The notes: generated by a model not told the origin, from the sequence alone. DNA of 64,000 bases from an uncultured bacterium (GCA_963695095.1 CAVOFT010000001.1:1216001-1280000); one strand, 5' to 3'. Counted from the first letter of the stretch, positions 10,239-21,457 are shown. Program-made: numbers and translations.

Positions 10239-11572
10239 TGACCCCGCGCCGATTCCTGCTGCCGATCGCCCTGATCCCCGCGCTGCTGCTTCCGGCAGCC
10301 GGGCAGGCGGGGGAGCCGCTTCGACTCGAGGCCGCCGTCGAGGCAGCGCTCGCCAGCCATCCCGCGCTCGCCGCCGCGCGGGCGGAGGCCGAACTCGCCC
10401 GCGCCGCCCTGCGCGAGAGCCGAGCCGCCTGGCTGCCCTCGCTCAGTTTGACCGGCTCGGCCACGCGCTTCGAGGAGCCGATGGTGGCCACGCCCATCCA
10501 CGGCTTCGCGCCGGGCAGCCTGCCCGTCTTCGATCGTACGCTGATGCAGGGCGCGGGCTCGCTCAGCTACACGCTCTTCGATGGCCCCACCCGCCCCGCC
10601 CGCATCCGCCAGGCGCGGGCCGGCGCCGCGGGGGCGGCGGCCCGCCTCGACGCGGACGGGCAAGCGCTCGCGGCCCGCAGCGTCCAGGCCTACCTGGAGG
10701 TGCTCAGCCAGGCCGAACTGCTGGATGCCCAGGCGGCCCGCCTGGCGGCCCTTGCCGCCGAGGCCGACCGCATCGGCCAGCGGCGCGCCCTCGGCAAGGC
10801 CGCCGCCGTCGAGGCGCTGCGCCTGGACGCCACCCTGGCCGCCGCTGAGGCGGAGCGCGTGCACCTGGCCGGCGCCCTCGACCTGGCCGAGCGGGAGCTG
10901 GCGCGGCTGACCGGCCGCCCCCTCGCGGATTGTCGGCGCGCGCAGCTGCTGCCGGTTGCGCGGGCTCCCGGCGGGACCCTGCCGCCCGAGAGCGAGACGA
11001 TGGGCTCGCCCGCCCTCGTCGAGGGCGTGGCGCGAGTGGCGGGCGCGGCAGCCGGCGTCAGTCTCGCCCGTGGCGCGCGCTGGCCGCAGCTCAAGCTCTC
11101 CGCCGCCCTCGTCGCTTACGACAGTCCTGAGATCGAGCCCCTCGGCGAGTGGAACGCGGGGCTGAGCGTCTCGCTGCCCCTCTTCACGGGCGGGGCCATC
11201 AAGGCGCGCGTCGCCCAGGCCGAGGCGGCGCTGACGGCGAGCCGCGAGCGCCTGGCCGCGCTGCGCCTGCAGAGCGCGGCCGAGGCCGAGCGCGCGCGGC
11301 GGGCCATGGCCGAGGCAGGTGCCCGCGCGTTCAGCTTCGAGCGCGCTGTGGCGGGTTTCGCCGAGGTCGAGCGCATCGAGCGGCTCGCGCTGGAGGTGGG
11401 CACCGGCGACAGCGCCCGCTATCTGGATGCCGAGGCCTCGCTCGCCGCCGCCCGGGCCGGCCTCATCGAAACCCGTCACCGTGAGATCGCCGCCCGCGTG
11501 GAGCTCGCCCGCGCTGTGGGCGAACTGGATGTCGCCTGGATCCTTCGCGAACTGGAGCACGCCCATGACTAA
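10238..11572 (+). CDS. TolC-family outer membrane efflux protein
   Basis: Signal peptide, duplicated OEP pattern (LP.LSL, SLPLFTGG) and efflux operon context. Confidence 0.88.
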   Translation: MTPRRFLLPIALIPALLLPAAGQAGEPLRLEAAVEAALASHPALAAARAEAELARAALRESRAAWLPSLSLTGSATRFEEPMVATPIHGFAPGSLPVFDRTLMQGAGSLSYTLFDGPTRPARIRQARAGAAGAAARLDADGQALAARSVQAYLEVLSQAELLDAQAARLAALAAEADRIGQRRALGKAAAVEALRLDATLAAAEAERVHLAGALDLAERELARLTGRPLADCRRAQLLPVARAPGGTLPPESETMGSPALVEGVARVAGAAAGVSLARGARWPQLKLSAALVAYDSPEIEPLGEWNAGLSVSLPLFTGGAIKARVAQAEAALTASRERLAALRLQSAAEAERARRAMAEAGARAFSFERAVAGFAEVERIERLALEVGTGDSARYLDAEASLAAARAGLIETRHREIAARVELARAVGELDVAWILRELEHAHD

Positions 11573-12563
11573 GCGACGCCGCCTCGCCATCGCAGTCCCC
11601 CTGCTCCTCCTGCTGGTCGCCCTCGCCGTTCTGCTCATCCGGCGCGGCGGCAAGGACGACGGGCTGCTCCTTGCCTCGGGCACCGTCGAGGCCACCGAGG
11701 CCCGACTGGGCTTCCAGGCCGTGGGCAGGCTCGAAAGCGTGGCCGTGCAGGAGGGGGAGGCCGTCCGCGCGGGCCAGGAGCTGGCCGCCCTCGATCGCCG
11801 GGAGCCGCGCGCGCGCCTGGAGGCCGCCCAGGCCCAGGCGGCTGCCGCGCGGGCGCTGCTGGCCGAGCTCGAAGCCGGCGCCCGACCGGAGGAACTGGCC
11901 CAGGCGCAGGCTGCGCTGGCCGCCGCCCGCGATCGCGAAGCGGATGCCCGCCGCGACGCCGAGCGCGTGGCCCGGCTCCATGCCGGCGGCGCGGTCAGCC
12001 AGGAGGCCGACGACAAGGCGCGCCTGGCCGTGGACCTCGCGGCGAGCCAGGCCGAACAGGCCGCGCAGCAGCTGGCCTTGCTCAGAGCCGGCGCGCGACC
12101 CGAGCGCCTGGCCGCCCAGCGCGCCCTGGTCGAGCAGGCGGAGGCGGCGGCCCGCGCCCTCGAGGCCGGCCTGGCGACGATGGCGATCCAGGCTCCCATC
12201 GCCGGGGTCGTCACGCTGCGCCACCGCGAGCCCGGCGAGATCGTCGCCCTGGGCTCGCCGGTGATCAGCCTCATGGACCCGCGCGATCGCTGGGTGCGCA
12301 TCTTCGTGCCCGAGACGCGCGTGGGCGCCCTGCGCCTGGGCCAGCGGGCCGAGATCCGCGGCGACAGCTTCCCCGACCGCCGCTACGAGGGCGAGGTGGT
12401 GATGATCGCCAGCGAGGCCGAGTTCACGCCGCGCAGCGTGCAGACCACCGAGGAGCGCGTGAAGCTGGTATACGCGGTGAAGGTGCGCATCCTGGGCGAC
12501 GAGACGGGCGACCTCAAGCCCGGCATGCCGGCCGATCTGCGCCTGGACCTGGAGCCCCGATGA
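11565..12563 (+). CDS. HlyD-family periplasmic adaptor (YbhG-like)
   Basis: TM anchor, SGTVEA, lipoyl-like half motifs, EAEFTPRSVQT and LKPGMPAD. Confidence 0.9.
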   Translation: MTKRRRLAIAVPLLLLLVALAVLLIRRGGKDDGLLLASGTVEATEARLGFQAVGRLESVAVQEGEAVRAGQELAALDRREPRARLEAAQAQAAAARALLAELEAGARPEELAQAQAALAAARDREADARRDAERVARLHAGGAVSQEADDKARLAVDLAASQAEQAAQQLALLRAGARPERLAAQRALVEQAEAAARALEAGLATMAIQAPIAGVVTLRHREPGEIVALGSPVISLMDPRDRWVRIFVPETRVGALRLGQRAEIRGDSFPDRRYEGEVVMIASEAEFTPRSVQTTEERVKLVYAVKVRILGDETGDLKPGMPADLRLDLEPR

Positions 12564-13482
12564 GCGAGTTCGCGCTCGCGGCCCGGGGCCTGGCGCGCCG
12601 CTTCGGCGATCTCATCGCCGTGGCCGGGCTCGACTTCACGGTGGGCAGGGGCGAGCTCTTCGGCATCGTCGGCCCGGACGGCGCCGGCAAGACGACGACC
12701 CTGCGCATGCTGGCCGGCGTGCTCAGGCCCAGCGCGGGCGATGCCGAGATCCTCGGTCTGTCCGTGCGCCGCGAGCCCGAGCGCCTGAAGGCCCGCATCG
12801 CCTACATGTCGCAGCGCTTCGGCCTCTACGGCGACCTCACCGTGCGCGAGAACCTGGACTTCTACGCCGACCTCTACGGCGTGCCGAGCGCCGAGCGGCC
12901 GGCGCGCCTGGCGCGGCTCTACGAGTTCTCGGGCCTCGGGCCCTTCCAGGGCCGACTGGCCGGCCAGCTCTCGGGCGGCATGAAGCAGAAGCTCGGCCTC
13001 TCCTGCGCGCTGGTGCACGAGCCGGAGCTGCTCCTGCTCGATGAGCCCACCTTCGGCGTCGATCCCGTCTCGCGGCGGGACCTCTGGCTCATCGTCCACG
13101 AGATGGTGGCCCGAGGAGTCACGGTGATCGTCAGCACGGCCTACCTCGACGAGGCCGAGCGCTGCGACCGGGTGGCCCTGCTCCACCAGGGGCGGCTGCT
13201 CGCGCTCGACACGCCGGCGGCGCTGAAGGCCGCTCTGCCCGGTGCGCTCTTCGCATTGCGTGGAGACGGGCTGCGCGAAGCGCGGCGCCTGCTCGCCGAG
13301 GAGCCGCTGGTGCGGGGCGTGGCCGTCTTCGGCGACACCCTGCACCTGAGCCTGGACTCGCCGGCGGCCGCCGGGCCGCTGGGCGCCCGCCTGGCGGCGG
13401 CCGGCCTGGCCGAGTTCAGCCTCGCGCCCCTTGCGCCCAGTCTCGAGGACGTCTTCATCGCTCGGGTCCGGGAGGTCACGCC

Positions 13483-13486
<4 letters not shown>
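12560..13486 (+). CDS. ABC transporter ATP-binding protein
   Basis: GPDGAGKTT, LSGGMKQK and LLLDEPT motifs. Confidence 0.93.
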
Positions 13487-14430
<944 letters not shown>

Positions 14431-14444
14431 GCGAGGAGTCGGTC

Positions 14445-15551
14445 ATGCAACTGCGTCGATTGATCGCCGTCGCCCGCAAGGAGGCCATCCAGCTCCGCCG
14501 CGACACGCGCAGCCTGATCCTGGCCTTCCTGCTGCCGGTGCTGCTGCTGATCCTCTTCGGCTACGCGATCACCTGGGACGTGGACGACATTCCCCTGGCC
14601 GTCGTCGATCTGGACCACAGCCAGGCGAGCCGCGGCCTCGTCGAGGCCTTCACCGCCTCCGGTCAGTTCCGCGCCGTGGCCTGGCCCGCTCGCGCTGCCG
14701 ATGCCGAGCCCCTGCTGGCCCGCGGCAAGGTGCGCATGGCCCTCGTCGTGCCGCGCGGCTTCGCGGCGGCGAGCGCCGCCGAGCGCGTGCCGCTGCAGGC
14801 CATCGTCGACGGCAGCGACGCCAACACGGCCGAGATCGCCATCAACTACGCGCAGGCGGCCGTGGCCGCCCACGCCCTGCGCGCGGCCGGCGGGCAGGCG
14901 CGGCCGCCCATCCTCGCCGTCAGCCGCGTCTGGTACAACGAGGAGCTGTCCAGCCGCAACATGATCGTGCCCGGCCTGATCGCCGTGATCATGATGATCA
15001 TCGCCGCCATGCTCACCGCGCTCACCATCGCCCGCGAGTGGGAACGCGGCACGATGGAGCAGCTGGCGGCCACGCCCGTCACCCGGGGCGAGATCGTGCT
15101 CGGCAAGCTGCTGCCCTATCTCGCCATCGGCCTCGCCGACGTGCTGGTGATCAGCCTGCTCGGCATCGCCCTCTTCGGCGTGCCCCTGCGCGGCAGCGTG
15201 CCGCTGCTGGCCATGCTGTCGACCGCGTTCCTCACCGGCGCGCTGGGGCTGGGCCTCTTCATCTCGGCGGTGACGCGCTCGCAGCTGCTCGCCACCCAGG
15301 TCTCGATGCTGACCAGCTTCCTGCCGGCGCTCTTGCTCTCCGGCTTCATGTACGCGATCAGCGTGATGCCCCTTCCCTTGCAAGCGATCTCCTTCCTCAT
15401 CCCCGCCCGCTACTTCCTCGTCGTCACGCGAGGCATCTTCCTCAAGGGCGTGGGCGTGGAGGTGCTCTACGTGCAGGGCCTCCTGATGATCGCTTTCGCC
15501 CTGCTCGGCGTGTTCGCCGCGATGCGGGCCTTCAAGAAGGAGCTGGGATGA
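14445..15551 (+). CDS. ABC-2 type permease (YbhS-like)
   Basis: AREWERGTMEQL motif; one N-terminal plus several C-terminal TM helices. Confidence 0.9.
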   Translation: MQLRRLIAVARKEAIQLRRDTRSLILAFLLPVLLLILFGYAITWDVDDIPLAVVDLDHSQASRGLVEAFTASGQFRAVAWPARAADAEPLLARGKVRMALVVPRGFAAASAAERVPLQAIVDGSDANTAEIAINYAQAAVAAHALRAAGGQARPPILAVSRVWYNEELSSRNMIVPGLIAVIMMIIAAMLTALTIAREWERGTMEQLAATPVTRGEIVLGKLLPYLAIGLADVLVISLLGIALFGVPLRGSVPLLAMLSTAFLTGALGLGLFISAVTRSQLLATQVSMLTSFLPALLLSGFMYAISVMPLPLQAISFLIPARYFLVVTRGIFLKGVGVEVLYVQGLLMIAFALLGVFAAMRAFKKELG

Positions 15552-16696
15552 GCCGCGCTTCCCTGCCGAGTCCGCGGCGAGTGCTGGAGCTGCTGCGCAA
15601 GGAGTTCATCCAGATCCGGCGCGATCCACGGCTCCTGCGCATCATCTTCGTGGCGCCGGTGATCCAGCTCGTCATCTTCGGCTACGCGGTGTCCACCGAC
15701 GTGCGCAACACCCGGCTCTTCCTCGTCGACCTGGATCAGAGCCAGGCCTCGCGCGAGCTGGTGACGGCCTTCACGGCCTCGGGCTACTTCCGCCTGAGCG
15801 GCAGCTCATCGCGGCCCGCGGACCTGGCCGCGGCTCTGGCCGCGGGCAGCGCCGTGCTCGGCCTCGAGATCCCGCGCGGCTATGGGGCGGATCTGGCGGT
15901 GGGCGAGGCCAGCGTGCAGCTTCTGCTGGACGGCACGAACTCGAACATCGCCACCATCGCCCGCGGCTACGCCGAGCGCATCGTGCAGAGCCACGGGCTG
16001 CGCGCGGCGCAGGACGGCGGGCAGGGCGCGCCGCTGGCGGCCGGCGCCGGCGCCACCGTCGAACTGCGCGAGCGCGCCTGGTACAACCCGGCGCTGGAGA
16101 GTCGCAACTACAACGTGCCGGCGGTGGTGGGGACCATCATGATGCTGATCTCGCTGCTGCTCACGTCCCTGGCCATCGTGCGCGAGCGCGAGATCGGCAC
16201 GCTCGAGCAGCTCCTGGTCAGCCCGCTGCGGCCCGGGGAGATCATCGCCGGCAAGACCCTGCCCTTCGCGATCATCGCCATGCTCGATCTCGTCGCCATC
16301 ACGGCGCTGGCCCTGCTCTGGTTCCGCGTGCCCTTCGCCGGCAGCTTCCCGCTGCTGGTGCTGGGCAGCCTGCTCTACCTGCTGGCCGCCCTCGGCCTGG
16401 GCCTGCTCGTCTCCACGGTCTCCAGCACGCAGCAGGAGGCCTTCCTCACCACCTTCCTGATCTTCATGCCGGTCATCCTGCTCTCGGGCTTCATGTTCCC
16501 GGTGAGCAGCATGCCCGCGCTCTTTCGCTGGCTCACCCTGCTCAACCCCATGCGCCACTACCTGGAGATCGTGCGGGGCATCTTCCTCAAAGGCAGCGGC
16601 CTCGGCCTGCTCTGGCCGCAGTTCCTGGCTCTGGCGGGGATGGGACTCGGTGTGCTCTGGCTGGCCGCGCGGCGCTTCCAGCGCTTGACCGGCTAG
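15548..16696 (+). CDS. ABC-2 type permease (YbhR-like)
   Basis: VREREIGTLEQL and LSGFMFP motifs; ATGA overlap with the upstream permease. Confidence 0.9.
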   Translation: MSRASLPSPRRVLELLRKEFIQIRRDPRLLRIIFVAPVIQLVIFGYAVSTDVRNTRLFLVDLDQSQASRELVTAFTASGYFRLSGSSSRPADLAAALAAGSAVLGLEIPRGYGADLAVGEASVQLLLDGTNSNIATIARGYAERIVQSHGLRAAQDGGQGAPLAAGAGATVELRERAWYNPALESRNYNVPAVVGTIMMLISLLLTSLAIVREREIGTLEQLLVSPLRPGEIIAGKTLPFAIIAMLDLVAITALALLWFRVPFAGSFPLLVLGSLLYLLAALGLGLLVSTVSSTQQEAFLTTFLIFMPVILLSGFMFPVSSMPALFRWLTLLNPMRHYLEIVRGIFLKGSGLGLLWPQFLALAGMGLGVLWLAARRFQRLTG

Positions 16697-17346
16697 CGTG
16701 TCTGCCGCGCCTGCGCGCGGCGGCGCGCCCTCCAGCCCTCGATGGCCATGGGCACGAGCGAAAGCGCGATGATGGCGAGCACGGCGATCGAGAAGTTCTC
16801 CTTCACCACCTGCAGGCCGCCGAAGTAGTAGCCGAGCAGGGTGAAGAGCAGCACCCAGAAGCAGCCGCCGCCCACGCTGAAGGCGAGGAAGCGCAGGTAG
16901 CGCATGCGGCCAATGCCGGCCACGAAGGGCGCGAAGGTGCGCACGATGGGCACGAAGCGGGCGAGCACGAGGGTCTTGCCGCCATGGCGTTCGTAGAAGG
17001 CATGCGTGCGGTCCAGGTACTCCTGCTTGAAGAAGCGGCCGCCGCCCCGGAACACGCGCGGGCCCAGGTGGCGGCCGATCGTGTAGTTCAGGTTGTCGCC
17101 GATGACCGCAGCGGCAATGAGCAGGGGAATCAGGACCCGGATCTCCAGCGCTCCCGCGCCCGCGAGGGCGCCCGCGGCAAAGAGCAGGGAGTCGCCGGGC
17201 AGGAAGGGCGTGACGACGAGGCCCGTCTCCATGAAGACGATGCCGAAGAGGATGCCGTAGACCCAGCCGCCGTAGCTCTGCACGAGCTCGAGCAGGTGCT
17301 TGTCCACGTGGAGAATGAAGGAGAAGAGATCGGTCAGCCAGTCCAT
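16693..17346 (-). CDS. dedA: DedA family membrane protein
   Basis: ETGLVVTPFLPGDSLLF and ARFVPIVRTFAPFVAG motifs. Confidence 0.93.
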   Translation of the reverse strand: MDWLTDLFSFILHVDKHLLELVQSYGGWVYGILFGIVFMETGLVVTPFLPGDSLLFAAGALAGAGALEIRVLIPLLIAAAVIGDNLNYTIGRHLGPRVFRGGGRFFKQEYLDRTHAFYERHGGKTLVLARFVPIVRTFAPFVAGIGRMRYLRFLAFSVGGGCFWVLLFTLLGYYFGGLQVVKENFSIAVLAIIALSLVPMAIEGWRARRRAQARQTR

Positions 17347-17522
17347 AGGCGGGTCAATATACAGAAGGCGTCGGTCGCGGCCAAGGGCCCGCAGGCCGGA
17401 ATCGCCTCCCGTGCCCCGCGTTCGCCGAGTCAGGGCTTGGCGGCGAGCTCGCGATCGTGCATGCTGGGTCGCTGCGGGCCCCGCCGCGCACTCCCCACCG
17501 ACCCCGCTCAGGAGATCGACCC

Positions 17523-19205
17523 ATGGCCGAGAAGTTCATCTTTCACATGTACGGCGTCAGCATGGCCTATGGGCCCAAGCAGGTGCTGAAGGAGATCAAC
17601 CTCAGCTTCTTCCCGGGCGCGAAGATCGGCATCGTCGGCGAGAACGGCTCGGGCAAGAGCACCGTGCTGCGCATCATGGCGGGCCTGGAGCCGAACTTCC
17701 AGGGCCACGCCGAGCTCACGCCCGGCTTTCGCGCCGGCATGGTGGCCCAGGAGCCCGAGCTCGACGACGCGCTCACCGTGCGCGCGACCATCGAGTCCGC
17801 CTTCGGGGCGATCAAGGCGCTGATGGCCGAGTACGACGCCGTTGCCGCCAGCATGGGCGAGGATCTCGACGAGGCCGCGATGGCCAAGGCCATGGACCGC
17901 ATGAGTGCCCTGCAAGACCGCATCGAGGCCGCTGACGGCTGGAACCTGGATCAGAAGCTGGATGTCGCCAGCGACGCCCTCTGCCTGCCCGAGGACGAGC
18001 GGCTGGTGGGCACCCTCTCGGGCGGCGAACGGCGGCGCGTGGCCCTCTGCAAGATCTTGCTCGAGCAGCCTGACTTGCTGCTGCTCGACGAGCCCACCAA
18101 TCACCTCGACGCCGAGACCGTGAACTGGCTCGAGGAGCAGCTGCGCGTCTATCCCGGCACGGTGATCGTGGTCACGCACGACCGCTACTTCCTCGACAAC
18201 GTCACCGGCTGGATCCTCGAACTGGAGGGCGGCCGCGGCATCCCCTGGCAGGGCAATTACAGCTCCTGGCTGGAGCAGAAGCTGGCCAAGCTGGCCGAAG
18301 GCGAGCGGGGGGACTCCGCGCGCGGCCGCGCCCTGCGGCGGGAGCTGGACTGGATCCGCATGAGCCGCGGCGACCGCCGGGCGCTGGCCCAGGCGCGCCT
18401 GCGCGAGTACGAGCAGCTCGTCGCCCGCGAGCGGTCCGAGCAGCGGGGCGAGGCCGAGGCGGCCATCCGCATCGCGCCGGGGCCGGAGCTGGGCGCGCAG
18501 GTGGTGGAGTTCAAGGACGTGGCCTTCGGCTACGCGGGGCGCACACTCTTCGAGCAGCTCAGCTTCAGCGTGCCGCGCGGGGCGGTGATCGGCCTGGTCG
18601 GTCCCAACGGCGCGGGCAAGACGAGCCTGTTCAAGCTGATCGCCGGCGGGCTGAAGCCGCAGGCGGGCAGCGTGAGCGTGGGCGCCTCGGTGAAACTGGT
18701 CCACGGCGACCAGGAGCGCAGCGGTCTCGACGCGAACCGCACGCTCATCGAGGACGTGGGGGGCGGCGAGGAGGAGATCGCGATCGGCAGCGAGAAGATC
18801 CCGATTCGCAAGTACCTGGCCCAGTTCGGCTTCAAGGGGGCCTCGCAGCAGAAGCGGACGGGCGAGTTCTCCGGCGGCGAGCGCAACCGCTGCCACCTGG
18901 CCAAGCTGCTCAAGGCGGGCGGGAACCTGATCCTGCTCGACGAGCCGACCAACGACCTCGATGTGAACACTCTACGCCTGCTCGAGGAGGCCATCCTCGA
19001 GTTCTCCGGCTGCGTGCTGGCGATCAGCCACGATCGCTTCTTCCTCGATCGCATCTGCACGCACACGCTCGTCTTCGAGGGCGAGGGCAAGGTGCGCTTC
19101 TACGAGGGCAACTTCTCGGCCTACGAGGAGTGGCGGCAGCGCGAACTGGGCGACCGGCTCTTCGCGAATCGCCGCAACCGCTATCGGACGCTGGTGAAGG
19201 GCTAG
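17523..19205 (+). CDS. ettA: Energy-dependent translational throttle protein (ABC-F)
   Basis: Two ABC domains and no TM helix; LSFFPGAKIG, DEPTNHLDAE and GIPWQGNYSSWLEQK; AGGAG RBS before ATG 17523. Confidence 0.9.
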   Translation: MAEKFIFHMYGVSMAYGPKQVLKEINLSFFPGAKIGIVGENGSGKSTVLRIMAGLEPNFQGHAELTPGFRAGMVAQEPELDDALTVRATIESAFGAIKALMAEYDAVAASMGEDLDEAAMAKAMDRMSALQDRIEAADGWNLDQKLDVASDALCLPEDERLVGTLSGGERRRVALCKILLEQPDLLLLDEPTNHLDAETVNWLEEQLRVYPGTVIVVTHDRYFLDNVTGWILELEGGRGIPWQGNYSSWLEQKLAKLAEGERGDSARGRALRRELDWIRMSRGDRRALAQARLREYEQLVARERSEQRGEAEAAIRIAPGPELGAQVVEFKDVAFGYAGRTLFEQLSFSVPRGAVIGLVGPNGAGKTSLFKLIAGGLKPQAGSVSVGASVKLVHGDQERSGLDANRTLIEDVGGGEEEIAIGSEKIPIRKYLAQFGFKGASQQKRTGEFSGGERNRCHLAKLLKAGGNLILLDEPTNDLDVNTLRLLEEAILEFSGCVLAISHDRFFLDRICTHTLVFEGEGKVRFYEGNFSAYEEWRQRELGDRLFANRRNRYRTLVKG

Positions 19206-19231
19206 AAGACGGCGATGGCGCTGCCGGTCCC

Positions 19232-19828
19232 TCAGCGATAGAGCGCCTTCACGGAGCCTAGATGCGCTTGCCGAACGGGTGTGGCGGGATTGAGGCAGAG
19301 GCGGTCGGCCAGATTGAAGAGCCCGTCCAAGATCTCGACGCGCGCGATGTAGTCGCCGGCGTCCAGTTGGAGCGGGCCGCTCCCGGCGGCCCAGACGAGG
19401 GGATCGGGTCAGCCCAGACCGGCGCCGTAGTAGCTGATCTCGCGGCTCTGCGCCGCGCCGCCGGCCGCGGGGCGGAGGCTGAGTTCGAGCACGTTGAGCA
19501 TGCCGAACTGGCTCTTGAAGCTGGCCGAGACCTCGTAGCTGCCCGGCTCGGGCAGCGCGATGAGGATCTCGATCCACTCGCCGAGCTGATCGAAGCCCGC
19601 GACGGCGTAGCCGCCCCCGGCGTTGTTGCACTCCGCGTAGGGATTGATGTCCGCCCCGCCGAGGTCCAGGAAGTCGTAGAGCGGCGGTCCCCACTCGAAG
19701 TAAAGCGGCAGGACCTCATCGGCCGCCGCGCCTGCGGCGCAGCATAGCAGCGCCGACACCAGCAGTACGTGGCCGAGCGCCCCGACCCGGCTCCATCCGC
19801 TCGGCAGCATTCCAGTTCGCAGTAACAT
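19232..19828 (-). CDS. Secreted CBM6/35-like protein with in-frame UGA at codon 140 (candidate selenoprotein, 198 aa)
   Basis: The 139-aa ORF continues past TGA (19409-19411) for 58 codons: PDPLVWAAGSGPLQLDAGDYIARVEILDGLFNLADRLCLNPATPVRQAHLGSVKALYR. Signal peptide present; hairpin follows the UGA. Confidence 0.7.
19374..19392 (-). promoter_or_regulatory. Putative bacterial SECIS hairpin
   Basis: mRNA GGGCCGC-CGGGA-GCGGCCC: perfect 7-bp stem starting 16 nt after the UGA, with G at loop position 2. Confidence 0.55.
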
Positions 19829-19968
19829 TTCCCACCTTCCCCCTCGACCGCGCCTTGATGCAGCCTAGCTGCGGCCCGGGGTGCGTACCCCCGAGCCGAC
19901 TGCTTCGCAGCGACGGATCTCTCCTGCGCCATGCTCTCCCTGCTGACACCGAGCGGCGGCGTTGGGAG

Positions 19969-21378
19969 CTACTTCAGCAGGAGGGCCTTCTGTGTGCGCA
20001 CGGTCCCCTCCGCTTCCAGCCGGATGACGTAGAGTCCGCTGGTTAAGGGCTGCCCTTGCGCATCCCTCGCCTCCCAGTCCAGGCGCCGCTCGCCCGCGGG
20101 CAGGCGCGCGTCCAGGACCTCGGCGACCCGCCGCCCAGCAGCGTCGTATGCCGTCACGCGGACGCGCTGCTCCTGCGCCAGGCTGAAGCGGATCTCCGCT
20201 CTTGGGTTGAAGGGATTCGGGTGAATACTCAGGTCGCCGCTCCTGGCCGGCGGGGCATCGACGCCGGTCATCAGGTTGCCGCGGCCCAGCCAAATCTCAC
20301 CGGTCGGCTCGGGATCGCCCAGCTCGAAGATCAGGGCGACGGCGCCCTCAAGGCCCAGGGCGAGGTCGTTGTGCCTGCAGATCCTCCCACCGAGAAGATC
20401 CGAGCGATCCTCCCACGCCCCACCCGGCGGTTTGACCTTGTAGTAGCTGGCATAGCTCGTCTGCGCGGCGTAGTCGAACTGCTGGAACCAGAAAGCGTGG
20501 GCGGCGCCATCCGCATCCACGGCCAGCGCCGGCCAGCGCGGCCAGTCGTCGCCGAGCCCGTTCACGGTGAGCTCCTCCGGCTCCGTCCACTGGCCCTCAC
20601 CGAGTTCCCGGCAATAGTAGAGGTGGTTGCAGAGGCAGAGGGGCTGCGGCTTCATGCCGATGAGATGGTGACCACTGGGGCCAATGGCCGTGTCGAAGTA
20701 ACCGCCGAAGTAGCCGCCCTCGGGCCAGACGGAATAGGGGATGCCATAGAGGTCGAAGTAGCCGATGCACTCCTCGACGGGATTCGCCAGGTACAGGCGG
20801 GGGAAGCACACGTCCAGCCAGCAAGCCATCTGGGCCTGGGGGTAGAGGCGCATGGCGTCCTCACCCTCCGTGCAGAACTGCCAGCCGCCGGAGAAGTCTC
20901 CACCCCAGCCTTCATAGAGGAGGGCGCAGAGATCGTCCATCTCCACCGCGAGCGCGTTCTCCGAGCCCTGCCAACCCGGCTGCCAGCTTGCCACCGCCAA
21001 GCCTCGAACGGGCCGATCCCCGGGATCATCGCGGATCTCGACAAGCTCGCCCCATTCGCCGCCGGCCAGCTCGCGCGTGAGGACCCTGTCGCCCTCCGCC
21101 CAGACCAGGCTGAAGCCCCAAGTGGTCCAGCAGACGCCCGGATCGATACCTGGCCCGTGGAAGATGGGAGCTTGCAGCGTGCCAGCGACCAGGCGACGGG
21201 TCCAGATTCCCACGCCCTCCTCCTCCCAGGCGGCCAGGATGTCGCCTGAGGAGCTCATGGTCACGGCGCAGTTCGAGTAGTCTCCCGGAACGGGGCTGAG
21301 CACGGCGAAATCGAGGGTCTGGGCGGTCGCGGTCGCAGCCAAGGCTGTCAGGCAGAGCACAGTGGTCAGCAGGCGCAT
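19969..21378 (-). CDS. Secreted protein with C-terminal FlgD-Ig/T9SS-like sorting domain
   Basis: Signal peptide MRLLTTVLCL...; C-terminal HPNPFNP...YDAAGRRV...SGLYVIRL. Confidence 0.8.
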   Translation of the reverse strand: MRLLTTVLCLTALAATATAQTLDFAVLSPVPGDYSNCAVTMSSSGDILAAWEEEGVGIWTRRLVAGTLQAPIFHGPGIDPGVCWTTWGFSLVWAEGDRVLTRELAGGEWGELVEIRDDPGDRPVRGLAVASWQPGWQGSENALAVEMDDLCALLYEGWGGDFSGGWQFCTEGEDAMRLYPQAQMACWLDVCFPRLYLANPVEECIGYFDLYGIPYSVWPEGGYFGGYFDTAIGPSGHHLIGMKPQPLCLCNHLYYCRELGEGQWTEPEELTVNGLGDDWPRWPALAVDADGAAHAFWFQQFDYAAQTSYASYYKVKPPGGAWEDRSDLLGGRICRHNDLALGLEGAVALIFELGDPEPTGEIWLGRGNLMTGVDAPPARSGDLSIHPNPFNPRAEIRFSLAQEQRVRVTAYDAAGRRVAEVLDARLPAGERRLDWEARDAQGQPLTSGLYVIRLEAEGTVRTQKALLLK

Positions 21379-21428
21379 CGGCACTACCCCCCTCACGTTC
21401 GTCGCCGTTCGGTGCACGCTCCAGCCCC

Positions 21429-21457
21429 ATTATATCTGCGAATGCGCCCAGAGTCAC
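21429..21457 (-). promoter_or_regulatory. Sigma70-type promoter of the secreted-protein gene(s)
   Basis: Minus strand GTGACT-N17-TATAAT. Confidence 0.6.

Noticed and set aside
19409..19411. Genome-wide UGA reassignment (code 4 or 25) as the explanation for the read-through
   Set aside because: Many conserved genes here end properly at TGA, often in ATGA/GTGA overlaps, so UGA is a normal stop.
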